IMG/VR virus record: IMGVR_UViG_3300027255_000165
Origin: a virus
Taxonomy: Duplodnaviria; Caudoviricetes
Reading direction: 5' to 3' (one strand)
Length of the DNA: 64,000 nucleotides
Shown: positions 48,425 through 57,237 of the stretch, piece after piece
Layout of the letters: the number at the start of each line of letters is the position of its first letter
Numbering within the stretch: the first letter of the stretch is position 1
Translations under genes and position numbers: made by a program
Notes under the pieces: generated by a model
Databases searched by the model: none
Seen by the model: the letters and a program-made list of their open reading frames with translations, nothing else
What the model was told of the DNA's origin: nothing

Positions 48425-48886
48425 TTAAAATAGGGCCCGCTCTTTCTCTTTCCCAAACTGATAGTGATACGTTAAAGCATCGTGATGTACGATGTTTCGA
48501 TTGACAATCTCTAAAATTTCAGCAGTTGGATTAGGACCCGCGAGTCTTGCTCTACATTCATTAACATTGTCTTTCATGAACTCAACGCCGTATGTAGTGG
48601 ATAGAGCTTGTTCAAGTGTACAACCTGAACGTTTCATCTTACGAATGACAACCTCTGAAAGAAATTGACCGTCTCCGCATGAGTTATCTAAGAATGTCTT
48701 AGTTGGGTCTGAGAATATTGTAGGATCTTGCTCTTCAAGCTTATCAAGCATTTCTTGAACTAAGGGCGTAGGTGTGAATACTTCAGCAGTCTGTTTAACT
48801 CTGAGCTTGTCACGGTCAATACCTGACATGTATTCTCTATTACGAGCATGTTGAATGTATAAATTAAGCATGCTTATGATTCTCAA
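48425..48886 (-). CDS. N6/N4 DNA methyltransferase, SAM-binding half (motifs X, I-III)
   Basis: TAEVFTP, FLDNSCGDGQFL, YGVEF, HHDAL; no NPPY motif. Confidence 0.75.
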   Translation of the reverse strand: MRIISMLNLYIQHARNREYMSGIDRDKLRVKQTAEVFTPTPLVQEMLDKLEEQDPTIFSDPTKTFLDNSCGDGQFLSEVVIRKMKRSGCTLEQALSTTYGVEFMKDNVNECRARLAGPNPTAEILEIVNRNIVHHDALTYHYQFGKEKERALF

Positions 48887-50111
48887 CTGTATTTTTAATT
48901 AAATTAATTTCACCTTCAGAAAATTCAAAGAATTCGAAAATAGCTTTGTCTGATTGCATTAAACTAGAATCAATCATGGGTACATATGGATATGCACTAT
49001 CCAGGTGTTGATCCATATTGTATGTAATAATCAAATACTTAACAAAAAATGTTGAAGTCACATAATATAAAAATGCATTTGCTTTTTCAACTGAATTAAA
49101 TGGAATACCAGCCTTTAAGTTACCCGCCTTTTTACCGCCTCGTGATTCAGATCTTAAAGGTTTTTTAGAAACAAAATTATTAAGACTATTGATAAAATTA
49201 TATCGATTTTCAAATTTCCTAGTAATTCCATCAGTAAATGTAGTAGACAAATATCCAGTTCCTCCCATCCAATTCAATGAAACATAGTGCGATTCTTCTA
49301 CATTATTATTAATTACATCACTAATAAAACTAGATACTTTGTTTTTAATTTTGGTCTCTATTGATTTAATTAAAGTATAAGATCCAATATGGTTAACATC
49401 TCGTGGATCATTAACTATATAAGATTCATTTATTTTATCAAATCTATTAAATTCAATTTTAGATGATGTTTTGGTCTTATCAATGTGCGTTATAGCAATA
49501 GGATAATAGGTTCCCTTTTCAGTTGGAAAAAGATCTTGAAAATTATAAAAGTCAAATGAAACAAAATGAGTACCGATCTTTTCTTTTAGCTTTGAATCGG
49601 TCTTAAAGTTAGAGTTTTCTCGTAAGTGTAACAACCAGTTAGTCGGATGTACAAAAATCATTTTACCATCTTCTTTCAAAAGATCATATCCATTATCTAG
49701 GAAATCTAAATGCATACGCTTTTTATATGGAGGATTACCCAAAACTACATCAAAGTGCTTAGCGTATGCTTTCATAATAGTTTTATTTTTATTGAACTTA
49801 GATTCAAAGATTGTCTTAAACCCCGATTTAATAAGTTCATTATTTTTGAATGAACTATTATTATACACTGTAATTTGAGATTGTTTCAAACCAATCTTAA
49901 GTAATGCTGCGGCAATTTCAACGTTGTACATTACAAGAACTTTACAATTATGGATGTTTTTAATCTTAGACAACTTTTTAATTATTTTTTGTACAGTTGC
50001 ATCACATGTATAGGTGCCTTGAAGATCATCTGCTATTCCATTAACATAATTAAACTTGCCAAAAATATCAGACATATAATCTTCTACTTTGAATTTTTGA
50101 TACGTTTTCAT
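48864..50111 (-). CDS. DNA methyltransferase catalytic half plus putative target recognition domain
   Basis: DVVLGNPPY, FIFVHP-like MIFVHP; no intact motif I. Confidence 0.75.
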   Translation of the reverse strand: MKTYQKFKVEDYMSDIFGKFNYVNGIADDLQGTYTCDATVQKIIKKLSKIKNIHNCKVLVMYNVEIAAALLKIGLKQSQITVYNNSSFKNNELIKSGFKTIFESKFNKNKTIMKAYAKHFDVVLGNPPYKKRMHLDFLDNGYDLLKEDGKMIFVHPTNWLLHLRENSNFKTDSKLKEKIGTHFVSFDFYNFQDLFPTEKGTYYPIAITHIDKTKTSSKIEFNRFDKINESYIVNDPRDVNHIGSYTLIKSIETKIKNKVSSFISDVINNNVEESHYVSLNWMGGTGYLSTTFTDGITRKFENRYNFINSLNNFVSKKPLRSESRGGKKAGNLKAGIPFNSVEKANAFLYYVTSTFFVKYLIITYNMDQHLDSAYPYVPMIDSSLMQSDKAIFEFFEFSEGEINLIKNTVENHKHA

Positions 50112-50143
50112 TTGCTTTATCTTTTAATTATACTACTAATATA
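50107..50143. repeat. 37-nt direct repeat, copy 1 (copy 2 at 51734-51770)
   Basis: ttcatttgctttatcttttaattatactactaatata identical in both copies. Confidence 0.9.
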
Positions 50144-50168
50144 CAAAATAAAAATGACCTGGAAAAAT
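50137..50168 (-). promoter_or_regulatory. putative early promoter (N12 family)
   Basis: tttttccaGGTC-N12-TATATTAG. Confidence 0.7.
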
Positions 50169-50193
50169 CTAAACTAAAACTTTTTGCAATTAT

Positions 50194-51738
50194 TTATGCA
50201 ATAAGTCCAAAGATGAGATCTACCGTTGACATCTCTTTCAAAAGCATAGCATTCTCTTCGTCTTCAATCTGAGCAATCATTTCATCAAGTGGTTCAGCAG
50301 CTGTAGGAATTGAACGTTTCAACTCGTTAAAAGCATCCAATCCTTTTTTTGTAGGAATACCATTGCCGGAACCGCTTGTAATTACATCCTCAGCTGGATT
50401 AAAACCAGTACTACGAAGATGATTAATCAAATACATGGTGTGCATTGCGTCTTCTTCATTATCTGTTGAAAGAATTGGAACAATTACCCACGCATATGGT
50501 TTGATCATTTGCTTAAGCGACTCTATATTCTTTGGATCAATGATTCCGTCCTCGTGAATAGCTTTGCGATCCATGCCGATTAGACGTGCAGCGCGGCCTA
50601 GTGTTTGCATAAACTTACTTTGACCCATACCGCGCAAAAACAATACGCCTGTAATTCCAGGAACATCAATGCCCTCGCTAAGAATGTCATAATGGATAAT
50701 GATCATTCTAGAGTTTTTGTTTGCACCATCTTCTTTTAATGCTTTTAAGAAATCTTGGCGAGTTACACGAACACCATTAATCCAATTATCTACCTCAATA
50801 TTTGATGCAACTGCATAAACATTTACACCCATTGCAATAGCCCTTAACATTTCAGGAGATTCAATGAGTTTCTTAATGTCTCCAGTACCGTTTGAAGCTA
50901 CTAGCATTTTTGGTTGCACCATACCTAATTCATACGCATGTTGCTTAAATGATTCACTAACAATCATACCCAATGAATCGGTAATTGATTGCATAGTATA
51001 ATCTTTTTTACCTTGGATATTAGTCACAAAGTGCATACGTGGACGTAACATCAAACCCAAATCAATGGCTTCGCGGGGAGTTAAGGTATAGATTGACTTA
51101 CCATAAATTGATTCGTTATTCATTCCACGGCCATCTGAGTTTCGTGTATGTTTTGCAGTGGCTGTAAAAAAGTATTTACGTTGTGCTGGGCGCTTTGCAA
51201 TTTCATGAAATTGATTAGATACAAGATACTGTGCTTCGTCATTTATCATGACTGAGATCTTTCCCTTTCGATTATTGATTACATTAAAAAGACGATCTGA
51301 TGAGTGGTATGTAGATACAAAAATTACAGGTACTCCACGTTTTTTACAACTCTTAAGTTTGTTTTCGATGTCCTCTGTTTTAGTCGTAGATTCTATCAAA
51401 CTAAAGGGGAAGTTTGAAGGAGAACTCATACGGATTTCATCAAGCTCATCTTGTGAAGGGGCTGCTCCTGAATGGATCATCATGTATTCTGCCTCAACTG
51501 AAGTATTGTGCATAAATTTGTAAACTTCAGTCAAAAGCTGGTATGAAAGCATAATTCGGGGTGCATTGATTAAGTGGGCAGAGAATCCTGGATTTTTAGC
51601 GATATGATCGGCGATTACAGCTGCGGCCACTACCGTTTTACCAGTACCAGTCGGCATTAGTATTTGGCCAAGTTTATTAGTTTGACACTGATAAAATGCT
51701 TCTTTCTGATGAGGATAGAGTTCAATTACGTTGTTCAT
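50194..51738 (-). CDS. SF2 helicase/ATPase of restriction-modification (Res/Type ISP-like) type
   Basis: MPTGTGKT, NDEAQ, FTAT, LSEGIDVP, QTLGRAAR. Confidence 0.8.
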   Translation of the reverse strand: MNNVIELYPHQKEAFYQCQTNKLGQILMPTGTGKTVVAAAVIADHIAKNPGFSAHLINAPRIMLSYQLLTEVYKFMHNTSVEAEYMMIHSGAAPSQDELDEIRMSSPSNFPFSLIESTTKTEDIENKLKSCKKRGVPVIFVSTYHSSDRLFNVINNRKGKISVMINDEAQYLVSNQFHEIAKRPAQRKYFFTATAKHTRNSDGRGMNNESIYGKSIYTLTPREAIDLGLMLRPRMHFVTNIQGKKDYTMQSITDSLGMIVSESFKQHAYELGMVQPKMLVASNGTGDIKKLIESPEMLRAIAMGVNVYAVASNIEVDNWINGVRVTRQDFLKALKEDGANKNSRMIIIHYDILSEGIDVPGITGVLFLRGMGQSKFMQTLGRAARLIGMDRKAIHEDGIIDPKNIESLKQMIKPYAWVIVPILSTDNEEDAMHTMYLINHLRSTGFNPAEDVITSGSGNGIPTKKGLDAFNELKRSIPTAAEPLDEMIAQIEDEENAMLLKEMSTVDLIFGLIA

Positions 51739-51763
51739 TTGCTTTATCTTTTAATTATACTAC

Positions 51764-51797
51764 TAATATAACAAAAAAAACTGACATGGTAAAATTT
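51764..51797 (-). promoter_or_regulatory. putative early promoter (N12 family)
   Basis: ttttaccaTGTC-N12-TATATTAG. Confidence 0.65.
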
Positions 51798-52424
51798 TTA
51801 TGAAACTTTTTTCAAATTATTTTCTGCAATGATATTATCGACAATATCATTCATAGACTTCCAAAACCCAAGATTACCATCAACATACTGTCGAATTTCA
51901 TCTCGACCAAATACTTTTACAAAACCACGATATTTGACAGTTTCAGTATACCAGTGAAGTCCCTTTGCGCTAGTAAAAATAAAAAGAGTTGGAGACACTT
52001 TATTTCTAATGTAATCTATACGTTCAATTGCACCCCATTTTTCAACAGGCCATGCAGATTCTGCAACAAATGAATCTAATCCATCTTTAGCAGTTAAAAG
52101 TTGAGTTGCATCAGACCGATATTTAATTTGAAAAGCACAGTGCTTGAGATCCATATTAATTCCGTATGCATCAACACCATTATCATTACCCTTAATTGGA
52201 TGGTATTCATGAACTCCTAATGTTGGATTATCTTTGAAATGCTTAAAAAATAATTCTGCAAAAAATTCAAATCCGTCCCCAACGAATTGATCCCGTGGAT
52301 ACCGGTCGATATCTAATTCGGCTTGTTTTCCTAAACGAGAACAAAACGTGCTAAATTTAGTTACGTCCTTAAAAAGACCTTTAAGATCTGCTTTATCATT
52401 TTTAAAATGGTGTTCTATTTTCAT
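51798..52424 (-). CDS. Mrr-like PD-(D/E)xK endonuclease
   Basis: GDGFEFFAE...DNGVDAYG...AFQIKY. Confidence 0.65.
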   Translation of the reverse strand: MKIEHHFKNDKADLKGLFKDVTKFSTFCSRLGKQAELDIDRYPRDQFVGDGFEFFAELFFKHFKDNPTLGVHEYHPIKGNDNGVDAYGINMDLKHCAFQIKYRSDATQLLTAKDGLDSFVAESAWPVEKWGAIERIDYIRNKVSPTLFIFTSAKGLHWYTETVKYRGFVKVFGRDEIRQYVDGNLGFWKSMNDIVDNIIAENNLKKVS

Positions 52425-52452
52425 TTTGTTGTATTGGTTAACTTTATAAGGT

Positions 52453-52487
52453 TAATATACAACAAAAACTTGACCCGAAAAAACTTT
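52453..52487 (-). promoter_or_regulatory. putative early promoter (N12 family)
   Basis: aaagttttttcgGGTC-N12-TATATTAA. Confidence 0.7.
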
Positions 52488-53079
52488 ATGTTAAAAATTC
52501 TAAAACTTTTTCATGAAGTCCACTCTGTTTGATTCCCTCATAGGAACGAGGGGTCCAAACGAAGTTGGTCAGGCCCGGTTTGTCGTCAGACCCGTCGTTC
52601 GCGCTGAACTGTTCTCCTAAGAAACCAACGCTCATGTTCAGATCATCGATCGCAACCCAATGGGTGATTTCAGGATGTTCATCAATCCAATGCTGAATTT
52701 CCATACTGCGTTCAAGTTCTAAGTCCGCCCTGAATCTCAAACTGGACCATTCTCGTGGAAACAAGTCCTCGAACATTCCAGTCGTTGAGATTGGACGCTT
52801 ACAGATTCCCTGAGATTCGTAGTAGTCACCTAGTTCCTCTAACGTAGCGTGAAACCTCCAATCAGAAGATACAACAATCTCCGCCCCTGATTCAGTTAAT
52901 ATCTGATTCAGGATCTCAATTGCCTTCTTGTCAAAGTTATCAAAACGATACTTTAAGGGAATCTCGCGTGAACTCATTGATAGTTTCATTCCTCCCCACT
53001 TCTGACGCTTCTTTAGGCGTGAACCCCAGTTACTTGCGAGACAAATAACACCGTCGTTGTCTAAGAATATGACTTTCAT
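52486..53079 (-). CDS. HAD-family phosphatase-like protein (HAD_SAK_2-like)
   Basis: IFLDNDGV, IVVSSDWR, WVAIDD. Confidence 0.75.
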   Translation of the reverse strand: MKVIFLDNDGVICLASNWGSRLKKRQKWGGMKLSMSSREIPLKYRFDNFDKKAIEILNQILTESGAEIVVSSDWRFHATLEELGDYYESQGICKRPISTTGMFEDLFPREWSSLRFRADLELERSMEIQHWIDEHPEITHWVAIDDLNMSVGFLGEQFSANDGSDDKPGLTNFVWTPRSYEGIKQSGLHEKVLEFLT

Positions 53080-53118
53080 AAATTATTATACCACAAACCT
53101 ACAAAAAGTTTATGACAT

Positions 53119-53151
53119 AAAAAATCCGGTACCACCTAAGTAATACCGGAT
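53119..53151 (-). terminator. intrinsic terminator downstream of clpP
   Basis: ATCCGGTA-(12 nt)-TACCGGAT followed by TTTTT. Confidence 0.7.
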
Positions 53152-53250
53152 TCGAACTGTGTAGAGCGGTTTGATATAACTCAAACTATACACTCTATAT
53201 ATTAAATTGTTCTCTCGTAAAAGAGTATCATTTAGAACAATAGTATCTTA

Positions 53251-53922
53251 TTATCTTACTCCTTGAATAACTTCATCAATGATGCCATACTTCATCGCTT
53301 CTTCTGACGTCAACCAGAAATCACGTGTTGCGTCCTTCATTACTTGTGAAGGTTTCTTACCACAGTACTTACCTAGAAGTTCAAACAATTCAAGGTTAAT
53401 CTTCTTCCATTCTACCCAATCAACTTCTGCATCTTGGATATTACCTCTGAATCCGCCAGAAGATTGGTGCAGCATGGTTCTAGAGTGTTTTAGGGATGAT
53501 CTCTTACCCTTTGTTCCTGCACCAAGTAGTACTGATCCCATTGACGCCGCCATCCCTGTGTTAATGGTTCTAATGTCAGACTTAATCCATTCCATCACAT
53601 CCACCATTGATAGACCTGACTTAACTGATCCGCCTGGAGAATCGATGTGCATAGTGATGTCGTCCTTAGATACGTTATCAAGGAACATTAGCTGCGCCTG
53701 TACAACTGTTGACATATTGTCGTTAACTCCACCTGCAACCCATAGGATACGATCTCTCATCAATCGTGAGAAGATGTCCATTTGAGTAACTCGCATCTCA
53801 CGCTCCTCAAGGATGTAAGGCGTCATTGATGATTCAACCTGAGATTGATAGTAGTCAAATTTTGATGAGCTGACGTTGTGATCGCTCATTGCGTATTTCT
53901 TAAACTCTTTACCGTAGTTCAT
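53251..53922 (-). CDS. clpP: ATP-dependent Clp protease proteolytic subunit
   Basis: MDIFSRLMRDRI, IDSPGGSV, AASMG (Ser), MLHQ (His), RDFWL (Asp); N-terminal MNYGKEFKKYA resembles flavobacterial ClpP; start moved from 53934. Confidence 0.95.
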   Translation of the reverse strand: MNYGKEFKKYAMSDHNVSSSKFDYYQSQVESSMTPYILEEREMRVTQMDIFSRLMRDRILWVAGGVNDNMSTVVQAQLMFLDNVSKDDITMHIDSPGGSVKSGLSMVDVMEWIKSDIRTINTGMAASMGSVLLGAGTKGKRSSLKHSRTMLHQSSGGFRGNIQDAEVDWVEWKKINLELFELLGKYCGKKPSQVMKDATRDFWLTSEEAMKYGIIDEVIQGVR

Positions 53923-54271
53923 TTTTCTTTTCAATTATTTCGTACATTTGTTTGATTAGGTCGCAAGTTTCGTATTCTTCAATCGTTACGAAATAGTCGT
54001 TCGCCTTATCCAGTGCTTTATTATATCCATCTTCTTCGACCTGCATTTCATATTCAACACCTTCTTCATCGATTAGAATTGCGACTGGAAGCACTTGTCT
54101 GTCTCCTTCGAGACGTGACAGAATATGATCAACTATACGCCGAAAGAAATCATCGTGATTTGATTGGAGTGTTAGTTCTAAGTCAGTGACCGAAGTTGCG
54201 GAGTCAACGCGAATACGAGGTACTCCATCATCTTCGAAATCAAAGTCAAAATCTTCAAAATCTTCAAACAT
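53909..54271 (-). CDS. acidic protein with a C-terminal UVR-like helix pair
   Basis: ALDKANDYFVTIEEYETCDLIKQ. Confidence 0.5.
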   Translation of the reverse strand: MFEDFEDFDFDFEDDGVPRIRVDSATSVTDLELTLQSNHDDFFRRIVDHILSRLEGDRQVLPVAILIDEEGVEYEMQVEEDGYNKALDKANDYFVTIEEYETCDLIKQMYEIIEKKNELR

Positions 54272-55151
54272 TTTCTACTTCGCTTGAGGTTAACATGTAT
54301 TGGGTAATCATATCACGATAGTCATTCATCTTAGAATCAGAACCAACTAGGCGATTAACTGAATTAATGAACATCATACCCTTTGAGGTGAGGTGATAGT
54401 TACCATCTTTATCATACACGAAGAAAGGTTCTGTTAGTTCCATTCGGTATGGACGACGCAAATCTAGATCTTCGTTTAAGATAGAATCCGCAAGTGAGAA
54501 ATGTTGTTCGTAATAGTGGATGTTATCCGCACAATGATGATAGGTACCCAACCGAAGATCAGTGTAGGTGTCTTTTAACCACAAGTACATATGTTGGTGA
54601 ACAAAGGCGAAGAACGGTGCATCATAGGTCAAACCGTAGAAGATGTCGTTTGAACGCATTTGAACTTTCATATTCAGTTTGTTATTACGAATCCAGAAGT
54701 TGAGGTACATCGTACACACGAAGTCTTTGTTACCTTCGAACTGAAACTTAGGTTGGTTCAAGAAGGCGATCGCTTGACGAGTGTTCTGATCTTTTAAAAG
54801 AGAATCACGAACCCACTTTAACTGATCACCAAACAAGAGGTTACCATAGTTAGAGTTGATCTCATTGGTTCCAGGATTGGTGATACCTTTCCAGAAACCT
54901 GAGAACTGATTTATGTAGTCAATGTTACAATCGCGGTTTAGGTACCATGCAAGTTCACCAGCGAAATACTTGAAGTTGAACTTACGAGATTCAAAGTCAG
55001 CGAAAGCGTTGGTTGGGTCAATGTTAACTTGACCCAACGTGAGTTCACGAACTTTAAGATCACGTGGTTGAGATTCAGATCCACCTGCATTAATCAATGC
55101 AATTAGATCTTGAAACTGTGTACTGAATGAACGGTCTTTATAGATTATCAT
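54264..55151 (-). CDS. thymidylate synthase-family enzyme, dCMP hydroxymethylase-like
   Basis: EINSNYG, DFVCT, MRSNDIFYGLTYD with Asp at the specificity position; start moved to MIIYKD (55151). Confidence 0.75.
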   Translation of the reverse strand: MIIYKDRSFSTQFQDLIALINAGGSESQPRDLKVRELTLGQVNIDPTNAFADFESRKFNFKYFAGELAWYLNRDCNIDYINQFSGFWKGITNPGTNEINSNYGNLLFGDQLKWVRDSLLKDQNTRQAIAFLNQPKFQFEGNKDFVCTMYLNFWIRNNKLNMKVQMRSNDIFYGLTYDAPFFAFVHQHMYLWLKDTYTDLRLGTYHHCADNIHYYEQHFSLADSILNEDLDLRRPYRMELTEPFFVYDKDGNYHLTSKGMMFINSVNRLVGSDSKMNDYRDMITQYMLTSSEVENV

Positions 55152-55179
55152 AATTAGAAACTCTGTTACTATTATACTC

Positions 55180-57186
55180 TTAACGTAACGAAAGTTTCTG
55201 ATCATTTTTGGTGTAGGTGATAGTGTACACCTTTTCACCTGCTACGATTTCACCATCCAGGATACCATCCGCAAGAATGTCTTCAACGTACTTTTGAATT
55301 GCACGCTTTAGAGGACGTGCACCGTATGCAGGGTCATATCCTTCTTTGACTAGGAAGTCTTTCGCTTGTTTAGTGAACTTCAATCGAATGTCTTGTTCAA
55401 ACATGCGTTCACATAAGTCTAGGAGTTCGATGTCAACAATCTTCATCATGTGTTCGTCTGTCAACTGGTCGAATAGAACGATATCGTCTAGGCGATTCAA
55501 GAACTCAGGAGTAAACTTATTCTTAAGTTCCTTCTTAATGATGCCTTCCATCTGTGCTTTCTCAGTTGCAACATTCGAACGACTAGTAAATCCAATACCT
55601 CCTCCAAATTCAGCTGCTTTCTTAGCACCTACGTTCGATGTCATAACAATGATGGTATTAGTAAAGTCAACAGTGCGACCGAGAGAGTCGGTCAAGCGTC
55701 CATCATCAAGAACTTGAAGAAGAACGTTAAAAGTATCAGGGTGTGCCTTTTCAACCTCGTCAAATAGTATGACAGAATAAGGCTTACGACGAACTGCTTC
55801 GGTTAATTGACCGCCGTCTTCGTGGCCAATATATCCTGGAGGCGCTCCAGTCAATCGAGATACATTGAACTTTTCTTGGTATTCAGACATATCAATTCGA
55901 ATCATAGCATCCTCGGAGCCAAACATGTATTCAGTCAGTGCCTTTACAGTCTCAGTCTTACCAACTCCTGTTGGACCCAAGAACATGAATGAACCGATCG
56001 GCTTCTTGTGAGAAGATACTCCAACGCGTGAACGTTTAATAACCTTTGCAAGAGCATCAACTGCATCATCTTGGCCGATGATCTTTTTCTTTAACCCTTC
56101 ACCAAGCAGACGAATCATTTTGCTTTCATCACCTGAAAGGCGTGACAATGGAATGCCTGTTTGTTGAGATAGAGTTTCGGCAATAACCTCGGCGTCAACT
56201 TCTTTGCGATCTTCTTTTAAAGATTGCTCCCATTCTTTGATTGACTTTTCAAGATCTTTGCGCTTATTCATTTCCTGATCTCGGAACTGTGCAGCTTTTT
56301 CATAATCCTGCTGTGATACACTTTCAAGCTTATCCTGCTTTAATAGTTCGGCTTCTTTCTCCATCTTTTTAATAGAAGTAGGAACCTTAATTTCTTGAAG
56401 GTGAATCTTAGCACCTGCTTCATCCATCAAATCGATAGCCTTGTCTGGGAGTTCACGAGAAGTGATATATCTGTCAGACAATTTGACACAAGCTTCAATA
56501 GCTTCGGGAGTGTACTGGACAACGTGATGATCCTCATACTTATCCTTAATTCTTTCTAGGATTTGAATCGTATCCTCGATCGAAGGTGCATCAATGAATA
56601 CTTCTTGAAATCTACGCGTCAATGCACCATCATCCTCAATGTTTTCACGGTACTCATCTAATGTAGTAGCACCAATACACTGGACTTGTCCTCTTGCAAG
56701 GGCAGGCTTTAAAATGTTTGAAGCATCTAAAGAACCACTTACACCGCCCGCACCCACTATCGTGTGAATTTCATCAACGAAGACGATAATGTTAGGATTA
56801 GCCTTTAGCTCATCAACTATATTCTTCATTCTTTCTTCAAATTCACCACGGTATTTGGTACCCGCAACGATGATAGTCATGTTCAAAGAAACTAATCGTT
56901 TTCCGATCAAAGTTCTTGCAACCTTTCCTTCTACGATTCTCTGTGCAATGGCTTCAACAACTGCAGTTTTACCAACACCTGGATCTCCAAGGATGATTGG
57001 GTTATTTTTCTTGCGACGAGCAAGAATTTGACAAATTCTCAAGATCTCAGCATCTCTGCCAATGATTGGATCTAATTTGCCCTCCTTGGCCATTAGGGTG
57101 AGATCTTCACCGAACTGATCTAGGTATGGAGTTGAACCGGCCTTCTTAGGACCTCGTCTTGATTCGTTTGGATCTTCAAATGCCAT
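55180..57186 (-). CDS. clpC: ClpC-type AAA+ unfoldase lacking the N-terminal domain
   Basis: Two AAA modules (GDPGVGKT/FVDEIH; GPTGVGKT/FDEVEK), pore loops KYRG and GYIG, UVR-type M-domain DYEKAAQFRD, IGF loop. Confidence 0.9.
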   Translation of the reverse strand: MAFEDPNESRRGPKKAGSTPYLDQFGEDLTLMAKEGKLDPIIGRDAEILRICQILARRKKNNPIILGDPGVGKTAVVEAIAQRIVEGKVARTLIGKRLVSLNMTIIVAGTKYRGEFEERMKNIVDELKANPNIIVFVDEIHTIVGAGGVSGSLDASNILKPALARGQVQCIGATTLDEYRENIEDDGALTRRFQEVFIDAPSIEDTIQILERIKDKYEDHHVVQYTPEAIEACVKLSDRYITSRELPDKAIDLMDEAGAKIHLQEIKVPTSIKKMEKEAELLKQDKLESVSQQDYEKAAQFRDQEMNKRKDLEKSIKEWEQSLKEDRKEVDAEVIAETLSQQTGIPLSRLSGDESKMIRLLGEGLKKKIIGQDDAVDALAKVIKRSRVGVSSHKKPIGSFMFLGPTGVGKTETVKALTEYMFGSEDAMIRIDMSEYQEKFNVSRLTGAPPGYIGHEDGGQLTEAVRRKPYSVILFDEVEKAHPDTFNVLLQVLDDGRLTDSLGRTVDFTNTIIVMTSNVGAKKAAEFGGGIGFTSRSNVATEKAQMEGIIKKELKNKFTPEFLNRLDDIVLFDQLTDEHMMKIVDIELLDLCERMFEQDIRLKFTKQAKDFLVKEGYDPAYGARPLKRAIQKYVEDILADGILDGEIVAGEKVYTITYTKNDQKLSLR

Positions 57187-57237
57187 ATTTGTTTGGAATA
57201 GTTTTCGAGATATTTATACTGCTTTGGCGTAAATAGT

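Noticed and set aside
48425-50111. Frameshifted pseudogene explanation for the two MTase ORFs
   Set aside because: The SAM-binding half lies downstream of the NPPY half, opposite to the order in an intact gamma-class gene, and both ORFs are open with intact motifs
52486-53079. HAD protein as GmhB completing the ADP-heptose pathway
   Set aside because: Lacks the GmhB signature (DRDG and the Zn-binding CxC/RKP region); fits HAD_SAK_2-like proteins better
53140-53200. tRNA gene suggested by GTTCGAATCC on the minus strand
   Set aside because: The T-stem does not pair, and no acceptor, D or anticodon arms can be built; kept only as a possible small RNA
54264-55238. Ordinary thymidylate synthase (thyA) annotation
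   Set aside because: No PCH motif and Asp rather than Asn at the specificity position; not excluded without an assay, but the gene symbol is withheld
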